A program made the position numbers and the translations under genes. Shown piece by piece: positions 11,779 to 20,207 of a stretch of 64,000 nucleotides of DNA. The DNA comes from an uncultured delta proteobacterium (GTDB lineage: Bacteria > Myxococcota_A > Polyangia > Polyangiales > Polyangiaceae), in contig CAWJCS010000006.1 of assembly GCA_963841435.1 (NCBI GenBank), positions 1,472,001 to 1,536,000 of the forward strand. The letters run 5' to 3'. The notes under the pieces were generated by a model. It was not told where the DNA came from. It worked only from the letters and a program-made list of their open reading frames with translations, and did not search any database. Position 1 is the first letter of the stretch. Every line of letters starts with the position of its first letter.

Positions 11779-12846
11779 GTGCCCAAGGAAGATCAGGCCG
11801 CCCAGACGGGAACCGAAGGCGTTCGGGACCGGAACAAGCGCATCCGCGACGAGGCCGCCGCCAAGCGCCGCCGCAAGCGCGAGTCCGAGACGCGAACGGC
11901 AGCGGCTCGCGGCGCGCTCGATGCGAGTGAGCTCGTCAACGATGCCCTCGCGCGCGGCACGCACAAGGCCACGAGCTTCCTCAAAGATCACTTCAATGTC
12001 ATCCAGTGGGTCGTGGTGCTCGGGGTCGCGGGGGGCATCGGCTACCAGATCTACGTGCATCAACGCGACAAGAAGAACGCGACGACCACCGATCAGCTCA
12101 TGAGTGGCGTTGTCGCAGAAAACGCCCGTGTGGGTGCGGCGTCGGGTGAGCCGGATGCCATCACGGGCATCGAGGACCCGAGGCCGGTCTTTGCCGATCA
12201 GACGGCGCGCCTGAAGGCGGCGGAGAAGGCGTATCGGGCCGCGCTCGGCCCCGACGCGAAGGGCACTCTCGCGCACCTCGGTCTCGCCGGAGTGCTCTAC
12301 GACCTCGGAAAATTCCAGGAAGCGCTCGGCGAGTATCGCATCGTGCGCCAGAGCAAGCTGTCCGAGACCGATGCCGACGCCCGGTGTCGCTCCATCGAGG
12401 GCGCGGGCATGAGCGAGGAAGGGCTCGACCACCTCGACGCCGCACTGAAGGCCTATGGCGAGCTCGCCAGTAGCGACGTCGTGGGTTTCGCGCCGCTCGG
12501 CCAGTACCACCAGGCGCGCATCTACCAGAAGAAGGGCGACGTCGAGAAGGCGAAGTCTTTGTTGAAGGAAGCGCTGCAAAAGCTCGAAAAGAATCGAACT
12601 CCTGGCGAGATGCCAACCTTCACCGAGCAGGCGGCGCGTGACTTCTTGCTGAGCATCGACCCGAGCGCTGCGCTCGCGCAGAATGCGGCAAGCCTGACCC
12701 CCGAGCAGCTCCAGGCGCTCACCGAGCAGGCGGGCGGCGACGGTGACGCGAGCATCGACCGCGAAAAACTCAACAAGCTTCTCAAGCAGCTCACCCAGAA
12801 GCAAGCGCCAGCCGCGCCGTCCGGCGCGCCGTCGAGCAAGCCTTGA
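11779..12846 (+). CDS. YfgM-like membrane-anchored TPR protein
   Basis: Single TM (WVVVLGVAGGIGYQIY) followed by TPR helices; directly upstream of a BamB-like gene, as in the yfgM-bamB arrangement. Confidence 0.6.
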   Translation: MPKEDQAAQTGTEGVRDRNKRIRDEAAAKRRRKRESETRTAAARGALDASELVNDALARGTHKATSFLKDHFNVIQWVVVLGVAGGIGYQIYVHQRDKKNATTTDQLMSGVVAENARVGAASGEPDAITGIEDPRPVFADQTARLKAAEKAYRAALGPDAKGTLAHLGLAGVLYDLGKFQEALGEYRIVRQSKLSETDADARCRSIEGAGMSEEGLDHLDAALKAYGELASSDVVGFAPLGQYHQARIYQKKGDVEKAKSLLKEALQKLEKNRTPGEMPTFTEQAARDFLLSIDPSAALAQNAASLTPEQLQALTEQAGGDGDASIDREKLNKLLKQLTQKQAPAAPSGAPSSKP

Positions 12847-14129
12847 GCTCCGCGGCCCCGCCTCGCGCTGGACGCGCTAGCCGCTTTGCGGCGGCGCTGC
12901 TCGTCGCCACGGGCTGCAGCACCGTCGGGGGTGGGGCGCATCCGGATTTGCCCCCGTTCCTGCAGCGTCCGAACGGCGCGCTGTCCATCGTGTACCAGCG
13001 GCCGCTACTCGCGTCGTCGCGCATCTCGGGCGAGCCCTACGAGCGCGGGCAGGCCGAGATCGATCCGACCCACTTCAGGGTCTTCGTCGGCTCGAGCGAC
13101 CGCGGGCTCTACGCGCTCCGGGCCGAGGACGGCACCGTGCTCTGGCGCTTCGAGACCCTCGGCTTCGTGCAGTGCGCCCCGCTCTACGATCCTTCGGAAG
13201 ACGTCGTGTACTTCGGGTCCAACGACGGGGCGCTCTACAAGATCCGGGCGTCGAACGGCGCCTTGATGTGGCGCTTCATGACCAACGCCGAGGTCAGCCG
13301 CCGGCCCATCCTCAGCGGGGGACTTCTCTACGTCGCGAACGCCAACGACACCGTGCTCGCGATCGAGCCCGCGACCGGCAAGCTCCGCTGGCACCAGCAC
13401 CGGACGCCCGCCATGGGCATGGAAGTCGCCGGCTATTCGGGCATCGCCCTGTCGCGCGGCAAGATCTATTCGGGTTTCAGCGATGGGACGGTGCTCGCGT
13501 TCGATGCGCTCACGGGCGCCGAGCGCTGGACTCCCGTCGATCTCGCGGCCGAGGTCGAGGCGAACACGGGCGAGGTGCCCCAGTACCTCGACGTCGATAC
13601 GACGCCCGTGCCGTACACCGTCACCGCGGGCCCCGTGGTGTTCGTCGCCAGCTATGCGGGCGGGGCGTTCGCGCTCGACGCCGACACGGGCACCCAGGTG
13701 TGGTCGAACCCTGGCGTGCTCGGCGTTGCCGAGCTCGTGCTCTGGTCGGAGCCGGCCCACCGCGGCCCGGACGGCGTGGAGCGCCCCCGGAAGTCGCTGT
13801 TGCTCGCCGCGAGCGGGACGACGGGCCTCTGGGCGCTCGATCCGGAGACCGGCAGCGAGGTCTGGCGCCGAGAGCTTCCCACGGGAGGCGTTTCGGCGCC
13901 GGTCCCCATCGAGGGCGCTCTGCTCGTCTCCACGTCGCGCCTCGGCGTCTTTCTCATTTCGCCGCGCGGCGGCGAGCTCATCGACGGTATCCACATGGCG
14001 GACGGGTCCGCCATGACCCCGGCGGCGTTCGGCACCCGCGCCTTCGTGCTCACGAACGGCGGCCGATTGCTCGCGCTCCGGGTTGCCCCGCCGTACGGCA
14101 TGCTCGAGCCGCAGCGCTCGCCGCTCTGA
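12843..14129 (+). CDS. bamB: PQQ-like beta-propeller lipoprotein (BamB-like)
   Basis: Lipobox ATGC; repeated A-x-D/R-xx-T/D-G-xxx-W propeller blades. Confidence 0.7.
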   Translation: MSSAAPPRAGRASRFAAALLVATGCSTVGGGAHPDLPPFLQRPNGALSIVYQRPLLASSRISGEPYERGQAEIDPTHFRVFVGSSDRGLYALRAEDGTVLWRFETLGFVQCAPLYDPSEDVVYFGSNDGALYKIRASNGALMWRFMTNAEVSRRPILSGGLLYVANANDTVLAIEPATGKLRWHQHRTPAMGMEVAGYSGIALSRGKIYSGFSDGTVLAFDALTGAERWTPVDLAAEVEANTGEVPQYLDVDTTPVPYTVTAGPVVFVASYAGGAFALDADTGTQVWSNPGVLGVAELVLWSEPAHRGPDGVERPRKSLLLAASGTTGLWALDPETGSEVWRRELPTGGVSAPVPIEGALLVSTSRLGVFLISPRGGELIDGIHMADGSAMTPAAFGTRAFVLTNGGRLLALRVAPPYGMLEPQRSPL

Positions 14130-14136
14130 GGGCCAG

Positions 14137-15348
14137 TTGGACGGGCTGCCCAGACCGCCTTCGCTGCTTTCGACACCGGCTGGGCCCTTGATCGTGCCGG
14201 CGTCGGGCGACGCTTCCTCCGGCATCCGTCTCTCGCTGGTCATTCCGACCTACAACGAATCGCAGAACCTCGGACGCCTCGTCGAACAGCTCGACGCGCT
14301 CCTCGCGCCGGTGCTGCCGAACGCCTACGAGCTCATCGTCGTGGATGACGACAGCCCAGATCGCACCTGGGAGGCGGCTTTGCTGCTCGCCCAGGACCAC
14401 CCGTCGCTCAGGGTCATCCGCCGCGTGGGCGAGCGTGGCCTTTCGACCGCCATCATTCGAGGCTGGCAGGCTGCTCGCGGTGAGGTTCTGGGAGTGATGG
14501 ACGCCGATCTGCAGCACCCGCCGGACGCGAACCTGAACCTGCTTCGGGAGATGGACCGCGGCGCCGATCTGGCCGTGGCGAGTCGCCACGTCGAGGGAGG
14601 GGGAGTCAGCGAGTGGAGCTTGTCGCGACGCATCCTTTCGCGGGGAGCGCAGCTCATCGGGCTGCTCGCACTGCCGGGGGTGCTCGGACGACTCAGCGAC
14701 CCGATGAGCGGGTACTTCATGATCCGCCGCCACGCGCTTGCGGGGGTGGAGCTCAATCCGCTCGGCTACAAAATCCTCATCGAAGTCGTCGCTCGCGGCA
14801 AGGTGCCGTGGATCAGCGACACGGGCTACGTCTTCCACGAGCGCTCGGAGGGGAAGTCCAAGGTCACTTGGCGGCTCTACCTGGAGTTTCTCAGGCATCT
14901 GATCCGCCTGCGGTGGGCAACCCTGCCACAGTCCTACCTGATCCGGTTCTGCCTCGTTGGAGCGATCGGCGTGGTGGTCGACATGGGCCTGCTCTTCGTG
15001 CTGAGCGATCCCAAGATGCTGGGCCTCGGCCTCACGCGCAGCAAGGTCATGGCGGCAGAGGCAGCTATCGTGAACAACTTCCTGTGGAACGACGCGTGGA
15101 CGTTCCGTGCCCTCGCCCTCGCGTCCCCCGGCTTGCGCGCCAAGACCCGGCGATTCCTGGGCTACAACGCGATCTGCCTCGCAGGGGTCGTCCTCAACGT
15201 CTTGATCCTGAACGCGCTCTACAATTTCGCGCACGTGAATCGCTACGTGGCGAACGCCATCGCCATCGTGATGGTCACGGGATGGAATTACTGGCTAAAC
15301 CGGACCCTCAACTGGGCACCGGCTCGTTCGACACGAGGGCGGCGCTGA
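14137..15348 (+). CDS. GT2 polyprenol/dolichol-phosphate mannose synthase-like enzyme fused to a GtrA-like membrane domain
   Basis: IPTYNE, VVDDDSPDRT, RGLSTA, MDADLQHPP, SDPMSGYF, GYKILIE; C-terminal RFCLVGAIG...NNFLWNDAWTF...WNYWLNRTLNW. Confidence 0.88.
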   Translation: MDGLPRPPSLLSTPAGPLIVPASGDASSGIRLSLVIPTYNESQNLGRLVEQLDALLAPVLPNAYELIVVDDDSPDRTWEAALLLAQDHPSLRVIRRVGERGLSTAIIRGWQAARGEVLGVMDADLQHPPDANLNLLREMDRGADLAVASRHVEGGGVSEWSLSRRILSRGAQLIGLLALPGVLGRLSDPMSGYFMIRRHALAGVELNPLGYKILIEVVARGKVPWISDTGYVFHERSEGKSKVTWRLYLEFLRHLIRLRWATLPQSYLIRFCLVGAIGVVVDMGLLFVLSDPKMLGLGLTRSKVMAAEAAIVNNFLWNDAWTFRALALASPGLRAKTRRFLGYNAICLAGVVLNVLILNALYNFAHVNRYVANAIAIVMVTGWNYWLNRTLNWAPARSTRGRR

Positions 15349-15380
15349 CGCTGCGGGGGGCGCCGCGATTGCCGCGGCGT

Positions 15381-16517
15381 TCACTCGATGGCGCCCAAGG
15401 CGAACTTCAGGTAGTCGCCCTCGGGAAAGGCAGGGAGCGAGGGGTGGTCCGCACCGGCGCCCCGCAGCGCTTCGAGCCGAAAATGGCGGCCGGCGGAGCG
15501 CACGCCGTCCCGGACGGACGCCAAGAACTCGTCACGCGGGAAGTGACTCGAGCACGAAGCGGGGCAGAACAGACCGCCCGGCTCGACCACGCGCGCCGCG
15601 AGCCCGTGCAGTCTTCGATAAGCGCGTCGCGCGGCGGGCAGGGTGCGCTCCGTCTTCGCGAAGCTCGGGGGATCGGAGATGACGATGTCCCAGCGCTCGC
15701 CATGCCGCGCCGCGCGCTCGAGGAACTCGAACGCGTCGCCGGCGAAGAAACCGGCACGCTCGATCGGTAGATGGTTCAGCGCGAAGTTGTCGCGCGCCGC
15801 GTCGAGCGCGGGGCGGGCCTGGTCCACGGTGTCCGTGCGTTCGGCACCGCCACGAGCCGCATAGAGCGAGAATCCGCCCGTGTAACCGAACAGGTTCAGG
15901 ACGCGACGCCCGCGCGAGCGCCGTTCGATTTCCGCGCGGTTCTCGCGCTGATCGAGGAAAAGTCCGCCTTTTTGGCCTATTCCGAGGTCCACCCGGAAAA
16001 AGAGGCCGTTCTCGAGCACGGTCCGAGGCTCCGCGTCCGAGCGCCGCTCCCGATCGACGACGCCGCGCAGCGGGAGGCCTGGCAGCATCTCGAGCAGCCG
16101 CGGCAGCCCGGCGTAGAACGCGCGAGCGCCGGCGCCGTCGAAGCGCACGCTCGCCAGGTCCGCGTAGACGTCCGCGTGCACGCCTGGGAGCCCGTCAGCT
16201 TCGCCGTGGACGAGGCGGAAAGCGTTCGTCGTCGACAAGTCGAGCCAGCGGAGTCGCCGCGCGAGCGCGGCTGCGAGGCGCTCCCGAACGAGCGCCTCGG
16301 GCTCGACGGGCGACGTGAGGCTGAGCACGCGCACGGCGATGGGACTGCGCGCGTCCCAGAAGCCCAGGGCGATCGGCGTTCGACGCCGGTCGCACACCGT
16401 GACCAGAGTGCCGTCGTCGAAGCTCGGTGCGGGCTCGAGCGCACGCCGATAGACCCACGGGTGGCCGAGACGCAGGCTCCGCTTGAGGTCCTTGGCGAGG
16501 ATGACGGTCGGAGCCAT
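15381..16517 (-). CDS. RlmI-family SAM-dependent rRNA m5C methyltransferase
   Basis: GHPWVY PUA-like start, GEADGLPG, GQKGGLFLDQRENR, LNLFGYTGGFS, DPPSF, SCS, DHP...PEGDYLK. Confidence 0.88.
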   Translation of the reverse strand: MAPTVILAKDLKRSLRLGHPWVYRRALEPAPSFDDGTLVTVCDRRRTPIALGFWDARSPIAVRVLSLTSPVEPEALVRERLAAALARRLRWLDLSTTNAFRLVHGEADGLPGVHADVYADLASVRFDGAGARAFYAGLPRLLEMLPGLPLRGVVDRERRSDAEPRTVLENGLFFRVDLGIGQKGGLFLDQRENRAEIERRSRGRRVLNLFGYTGGFSLYAARGGAERTDTVDQARPALDAARDNFALNHLPIERAGFFAGDAFEFLERAARHGERWDIVISDPPSFAKTERTLPAARRAYRRLHGLAARVVEPGGLFCPASCSSHFPRDEFLASVRDGVRSAGRHFRLEALRGAGADHPSLPAFPEGDYLKFALGAIE

Positions 16518-16596
16518 GGCTTGAGGGGCGCGAGGCCGAACGGCGCAGCGCCGTCGCGCGAAGCCGCAGGAATCTAGCCCCCTAAGCGCACACAGT

Positions 16597-16624
16597 GGAT
16601 CGCATAAGATACATTATGTAAACT
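16597..16624 (+). other. dif site (XerC/XerD recombination site)
   Basis: GGATCGCATAA-GATACA-TTATGTAAACT, 11-6-11 layout closely matching E. coli dif GGTGCGCATAA-TGTATA-TTATGTTAAAT; an AT-rich patch in an intergenic gap. Confidence 0.88.
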
Positions 16625-16672
16625 AATGGGATCGGGGGCGCTGAGCGGAGCGTCCCGTCGAACCGGGAGCGC

Positions 16673-17258
16673 TCAGCTCTGAAGCTCTTGCCAGCGGCGC
16701 TTCACGTCTTCCTTCGTGAAGATGGCCGAGACTGGGACGTTCGGGCCTGCCGCCCTCCGGATGTTCGCCATACCGTCGGACTGCTGGCGGTCGACGAGCA
16801 CGATGACCTGCACGACGTTCAAGCCGAACTCGCGGGCCGCCTCGAGCGCCTTGATGGTCGAAGAGCCGCTGGTGCAGAACGTCGTCAACGACAGCGACGG
16901 CCTCGCCGGGCTTTACGCTTCCCTCGACGAGCTTCTTCTGGCCGTGGCCCTTGGCTTCCTTGCGGACGGAGAACCAACGGACGGGCTGCGGCGTGCTCGC
17001 GCTCGCGACGCTCGCCGCCATGGCGATCGGGTCGGAGCCCATGGTAAGCCCGCCAATCGCCTGGACCGCGCTCGCCAGCGCTCCGTGGAAAACGGGCCCG
17101 AGCGCCGCCATGGCGCTCGGCTGGCTCAGAGCGAGCTTGCAGTCCAGGTATTCAGGGCTGTATTGCCCCGACACGAGGAGAAACGGCTTCTCCTCGGAGT
17201 ACTGGTACGCGTGGCGTGCCAGCTCGTCGAGCAACGCAGCCCGAGAGTCGGTTTGCAA
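16673..17258 (-). CDS. pyrE: Orotate phosphoribosyltransferase; 1-nt frameshift near 16880
   Basis: LVSGQYSPEYLDCK, GGLTMGSDPIA, VRKEAKGHG, VVDDV then CTSGSSTIKA...LVDR in the neighbouring frame. Confidence 0.9.
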
Positions 17259-17299
17259 CGTGTTTGTGCCTCCGAAGCGGAGGGACAGAGGCCGGAAGG

Positions 17300-17683
17300 C
17301 TAGTTGTTGGAGGTGATGACGTCGCCGCCTTCACCGCCCATGCCGCCTTCACCGCTCATGCCGCCTTCGCCACCGATGACGCCGGTGCCGGCCGTGCCGC
17401 CACCGCCGGTACCACCACCGGAGGTGCCGCTCGTGCCGCTCGTGCCGCCCGTTGCGGAGGTGCCGCCCGTTGCGGAGGTGCCGCCGGTGCTGCCGCCCTT
17501 GCCACCGCTGGCGCTAACGCCGCCGGTGCCGCCGGTGCCGCCCTTGCCGCCCGAACCCGGAGTCGGGGTCGTGTCGTCGCCCCCACAGGCGACGTAGCAA
17601 GTGCTGCTCAGCGCAGCGAGGACCAGCGCAAGCGTGCCCGGTCGGGTTTTGATGTTGAATCCAAGGTTGTTCAAGTTCCCCAT
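17300..17683 (-). CDS. Small Gly/Thr/Ser-rich low-complexity lipoprotein
   Basis: Signal peptide with lipobox YVAC; mature part almost entirely GGT/GGS/GEGG repeats. Confidence 0.7.
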   Translation of the reverse strand: MGNLNNLGFNIKTRPGTLALVLAALSSTCYVACGGDDTTPTPGSGGKGGTGGTGGVSASGGKGGSTGGTSATGGTSATGGTSGTSGTSGGGTGGGGTAGTGVIGGEGGMSGEGGMGGEGGDVITSNN

Positions 17684-17693
17684 GGTGAAAGTG

Positions 17694-17722
17694 GTCTTAT
17701 CCGCTTTGTCCTAGCGCGTCAA
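17694..17722 (-). promoter_or_regulatory. Putative sigma70 promoter for the Gly-rich lipoprotein
   Basis: TTGACG-17 nt-TAAGAC on the minus strand, ending 10 nt before the ATG. Confidence 0.45.
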
Positions 17723-17853
17723 CGGCCATCTCACGAGATTGTCACGATTGTCCGGGGCCCAGGATCTTGCTTTCCAGCCCCAGAAAAGTGCCGGTAACGT
17801 CCCGTTCATCCCTGGGTCACCTCGGCCGGGCCGGCCACTTCCTTGCCACGATC

Positions 17854-19355
17854 ATGAGACGCGCCGATCGCCAAGCATTTCGCCTGACTTATGCGGCCTG
17901 GCTGTTCGGCCTCTTCGCGTACTTCATGCCCGCGGCAACCTGGAACCCGGTTTCCCATTTCAATCTCACGAGAGCGATTGTCGAGGGGGGACGCTATCGG
18001 TTCAACTCGTTCGCGTCGAGCACGGGGGATCGGGCGCTCGTCAAGCCGGCCACTGGTACTCGGACAAGGCGCCCGTCGCTTCCGTCCTCGCGGTGCCCGC
18101 TTACGGCGTGCTCCGGGTCGTCCAGCGCATTCGCGGCGTCGCGCCGTCGTACAGAGCGATGGGCACGACGAACACGCCGGCGGTTCAGCCTGACGTCCGA
18201 ACGCGGCGTTTCAGCAGGGCCTGTACGTCTGCTCGCTGTTCACGAGCGGCATCGCGGGGGTCGCGCTCGGCCTGCTCGTGCTTCGAGTTGCTCCGTCGGC
18301 GGACCACGATACGGCGGGCGTTCGTGGGCTCGGCGGTCGCGCGTCGTTGCGACCCCAATTCTGCCCTACTCGACGAGCTTCTACGGGCACGTCCCCGCCG
18401 CCGCCTTCCTGCTCGCCGCGATTGTCTGTCTCGACACCCGCGGGAAGCGGTTCGGGGGCGGCCTCCTTCCCCATGGCGCGTGCGCACGGCTGGGGCGTGC
18501 CTGGTGCTCGCGGCAGGCTCCGAATACCTGGTCCTGGTTCCCGCGGCGCTCGTGGCGCTGTGGTTCACGGCGGTGACACGCTTCGAGCCGGCGCGTGGCG
18601 GTCGTTTGGCAGATGGTCCAGGGGGTCTTGCTCCCCGCGCTGCTCATCGGCGGCTACCACACCGCGGCGTTCGGCGCGCCGTGGCGCACGGGCTATTCGT
18701 TCGAAACGCAGGCTGAGATTTGCGGCGGGCCACGCGAGCGGATTCTCGGGCATCCACCTGCCGAGCGCCGCTGGCCTGTACGGGCTCACCCTCGGTGTTC
18801 GGCGCGGGCTGGTCTACGTCTCTCCGGTGTCTGTTGAGTCGCGATTCCTCTTCGCGGCAAGGCACGCGATCCGGACGACGCGACTGGGCCATCGGCGCGG
18901 GGCTCGGCGTGCTCTTGACTCTGCTCCTGCTCAACGCTGGCTACTACATGTGGTGGGGGGGTGCAGCGGCGGGGCCACGCCACCTCATCCCGGGATTAGT
19001 CTTTCTGGGAGCTGGCTTGGTCGTGCTTCTTCAGGTCCGGCCCCGATGGCTCCGCGTCGGTCACGCTGGGGCTCTGCGTCCTGTCGGCCGCCAACTCGCT
19101 CGCGCTGACGACCGTCGGCATCGAAGCCCCCGAACGGAACGACGTGATGCGCCGCTACGCCTGGCCGAGGATCTGGAAGGGTCGAATCGGCTCGCCCAAC
19201 GGAGGCAGCGAACCTCGGGCTCAAACTGGGCCTCCCGTCGCCCGTTGGTCTCCCCTAGCCCGGTATCGCAATTTGGCACCTGCGCCGGGTTCCTCTACCT
19301 ATTGCACGATTTGACCCGGCGGCGGCTTGCCGCCCCGACGCGCGGGCCCTCATGA
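17854..19355 (+). CDS. Polytopic membrane protein, GT-C/ArnT-like; multiple frameshifts
   Basis: Pieces in three frames: NPVSHFNLTRAIVE, WYSDKAPVASVLAVPAY, TPILPYSTSFYGHVPAAAFL, FGAPWRTGY, YYMWWGGAAAGPRHLIP. Confidence 0.6.
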
Positions 19356-19459
19356 CTGGCCAGCTCGGTCAGAGCTGACCCGGACGCGGCGCGCGAGTCG
19401 GGCATGGCAGGCCTTTCCCGCTTGCCAAGACCCGAGCGGCCGGAGTACGTGAAGCACGC

Positions 19460-20207
19460 TTGCGTATAGCGGTTGTCGTCCCCACTTATAACGAGGCGGA
19501 AAACCTCCCCAAGTTGGTCAGCACCCTGTTGGCGCTGCCCCTGGACCTATCGGTGCGCGTCGTGGACGACAACAGTCCTGACGGCACGGGGCGTCTCGCG
19601 GATGAGCTCGCGCCGAGCGATACCCTGATCGCGTTGCCATCATCCACCGCCCTGGAAAACTCGGGCTGCGGAGCGCTTACATCGAGGGGTTTCGGTCGGC
19701 CTTCGACGCTGGAGCGGACGCCGTCGCGCAGATGGATGCGGATTTTTCGCACGACCCGGAGCGCCTCGTGGACATGGCTCGAGCCCTCGAGATCAGCGAC
19801 GTGGTTCTAGGCTCCCGTTACGTCCCCGGCGGGAGCGTCAATCCGGCGTGGCCTGTGTGGCGTAAGGGCCTTTCGGCCTGGGGGAACTTCTACGCGCGGA
19901 GCATTCTCGGTCTCGATTTGCGCGACGTGACGACCGGCTTCCGCCTGTGGCGCCGCGAAGCGCTACAACGGATGCCGCTCGACGACATCCAATCGAGTGG
20001 CTACGTCTTCCTCGTGGAAATGGCCTACGTAGCGTCCAGGATGAACATGCGGTTCGCACAGGTTCCGATCCACTTTTCCGATCGTCGGTGGGAAAATCCA
20101 AGATGTCGCTGCGCATTCAACTCGAGGCAGCCATGCGTGTCTGGCAGGTGCGCTGGACGTACCGAAGGCTCCGCCCGACCTACCAGGGTGACTCGTCCCG
20201 GACGTGA
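19460..20207 (+). CDS. Polyprenol-phosphate mannose synthase (GT2, Ppm1/DPM1-like); two frameshifts
   Basis: [62 protein letters not shown]. Confidence 0.85.

Noticed and set aside
11480-12103. C-terminal extension of the 1137-aa ORF in the track
   Set aside because: Product of a frameshift; it overlaps the YfgM-like gene and the plausible frame ends at 11753
16870-16890. Programmed frameshift in pyrE
   Set aside because: No slippery heptamer; it falls inside the PRPP-binding motif and resembles the other indels
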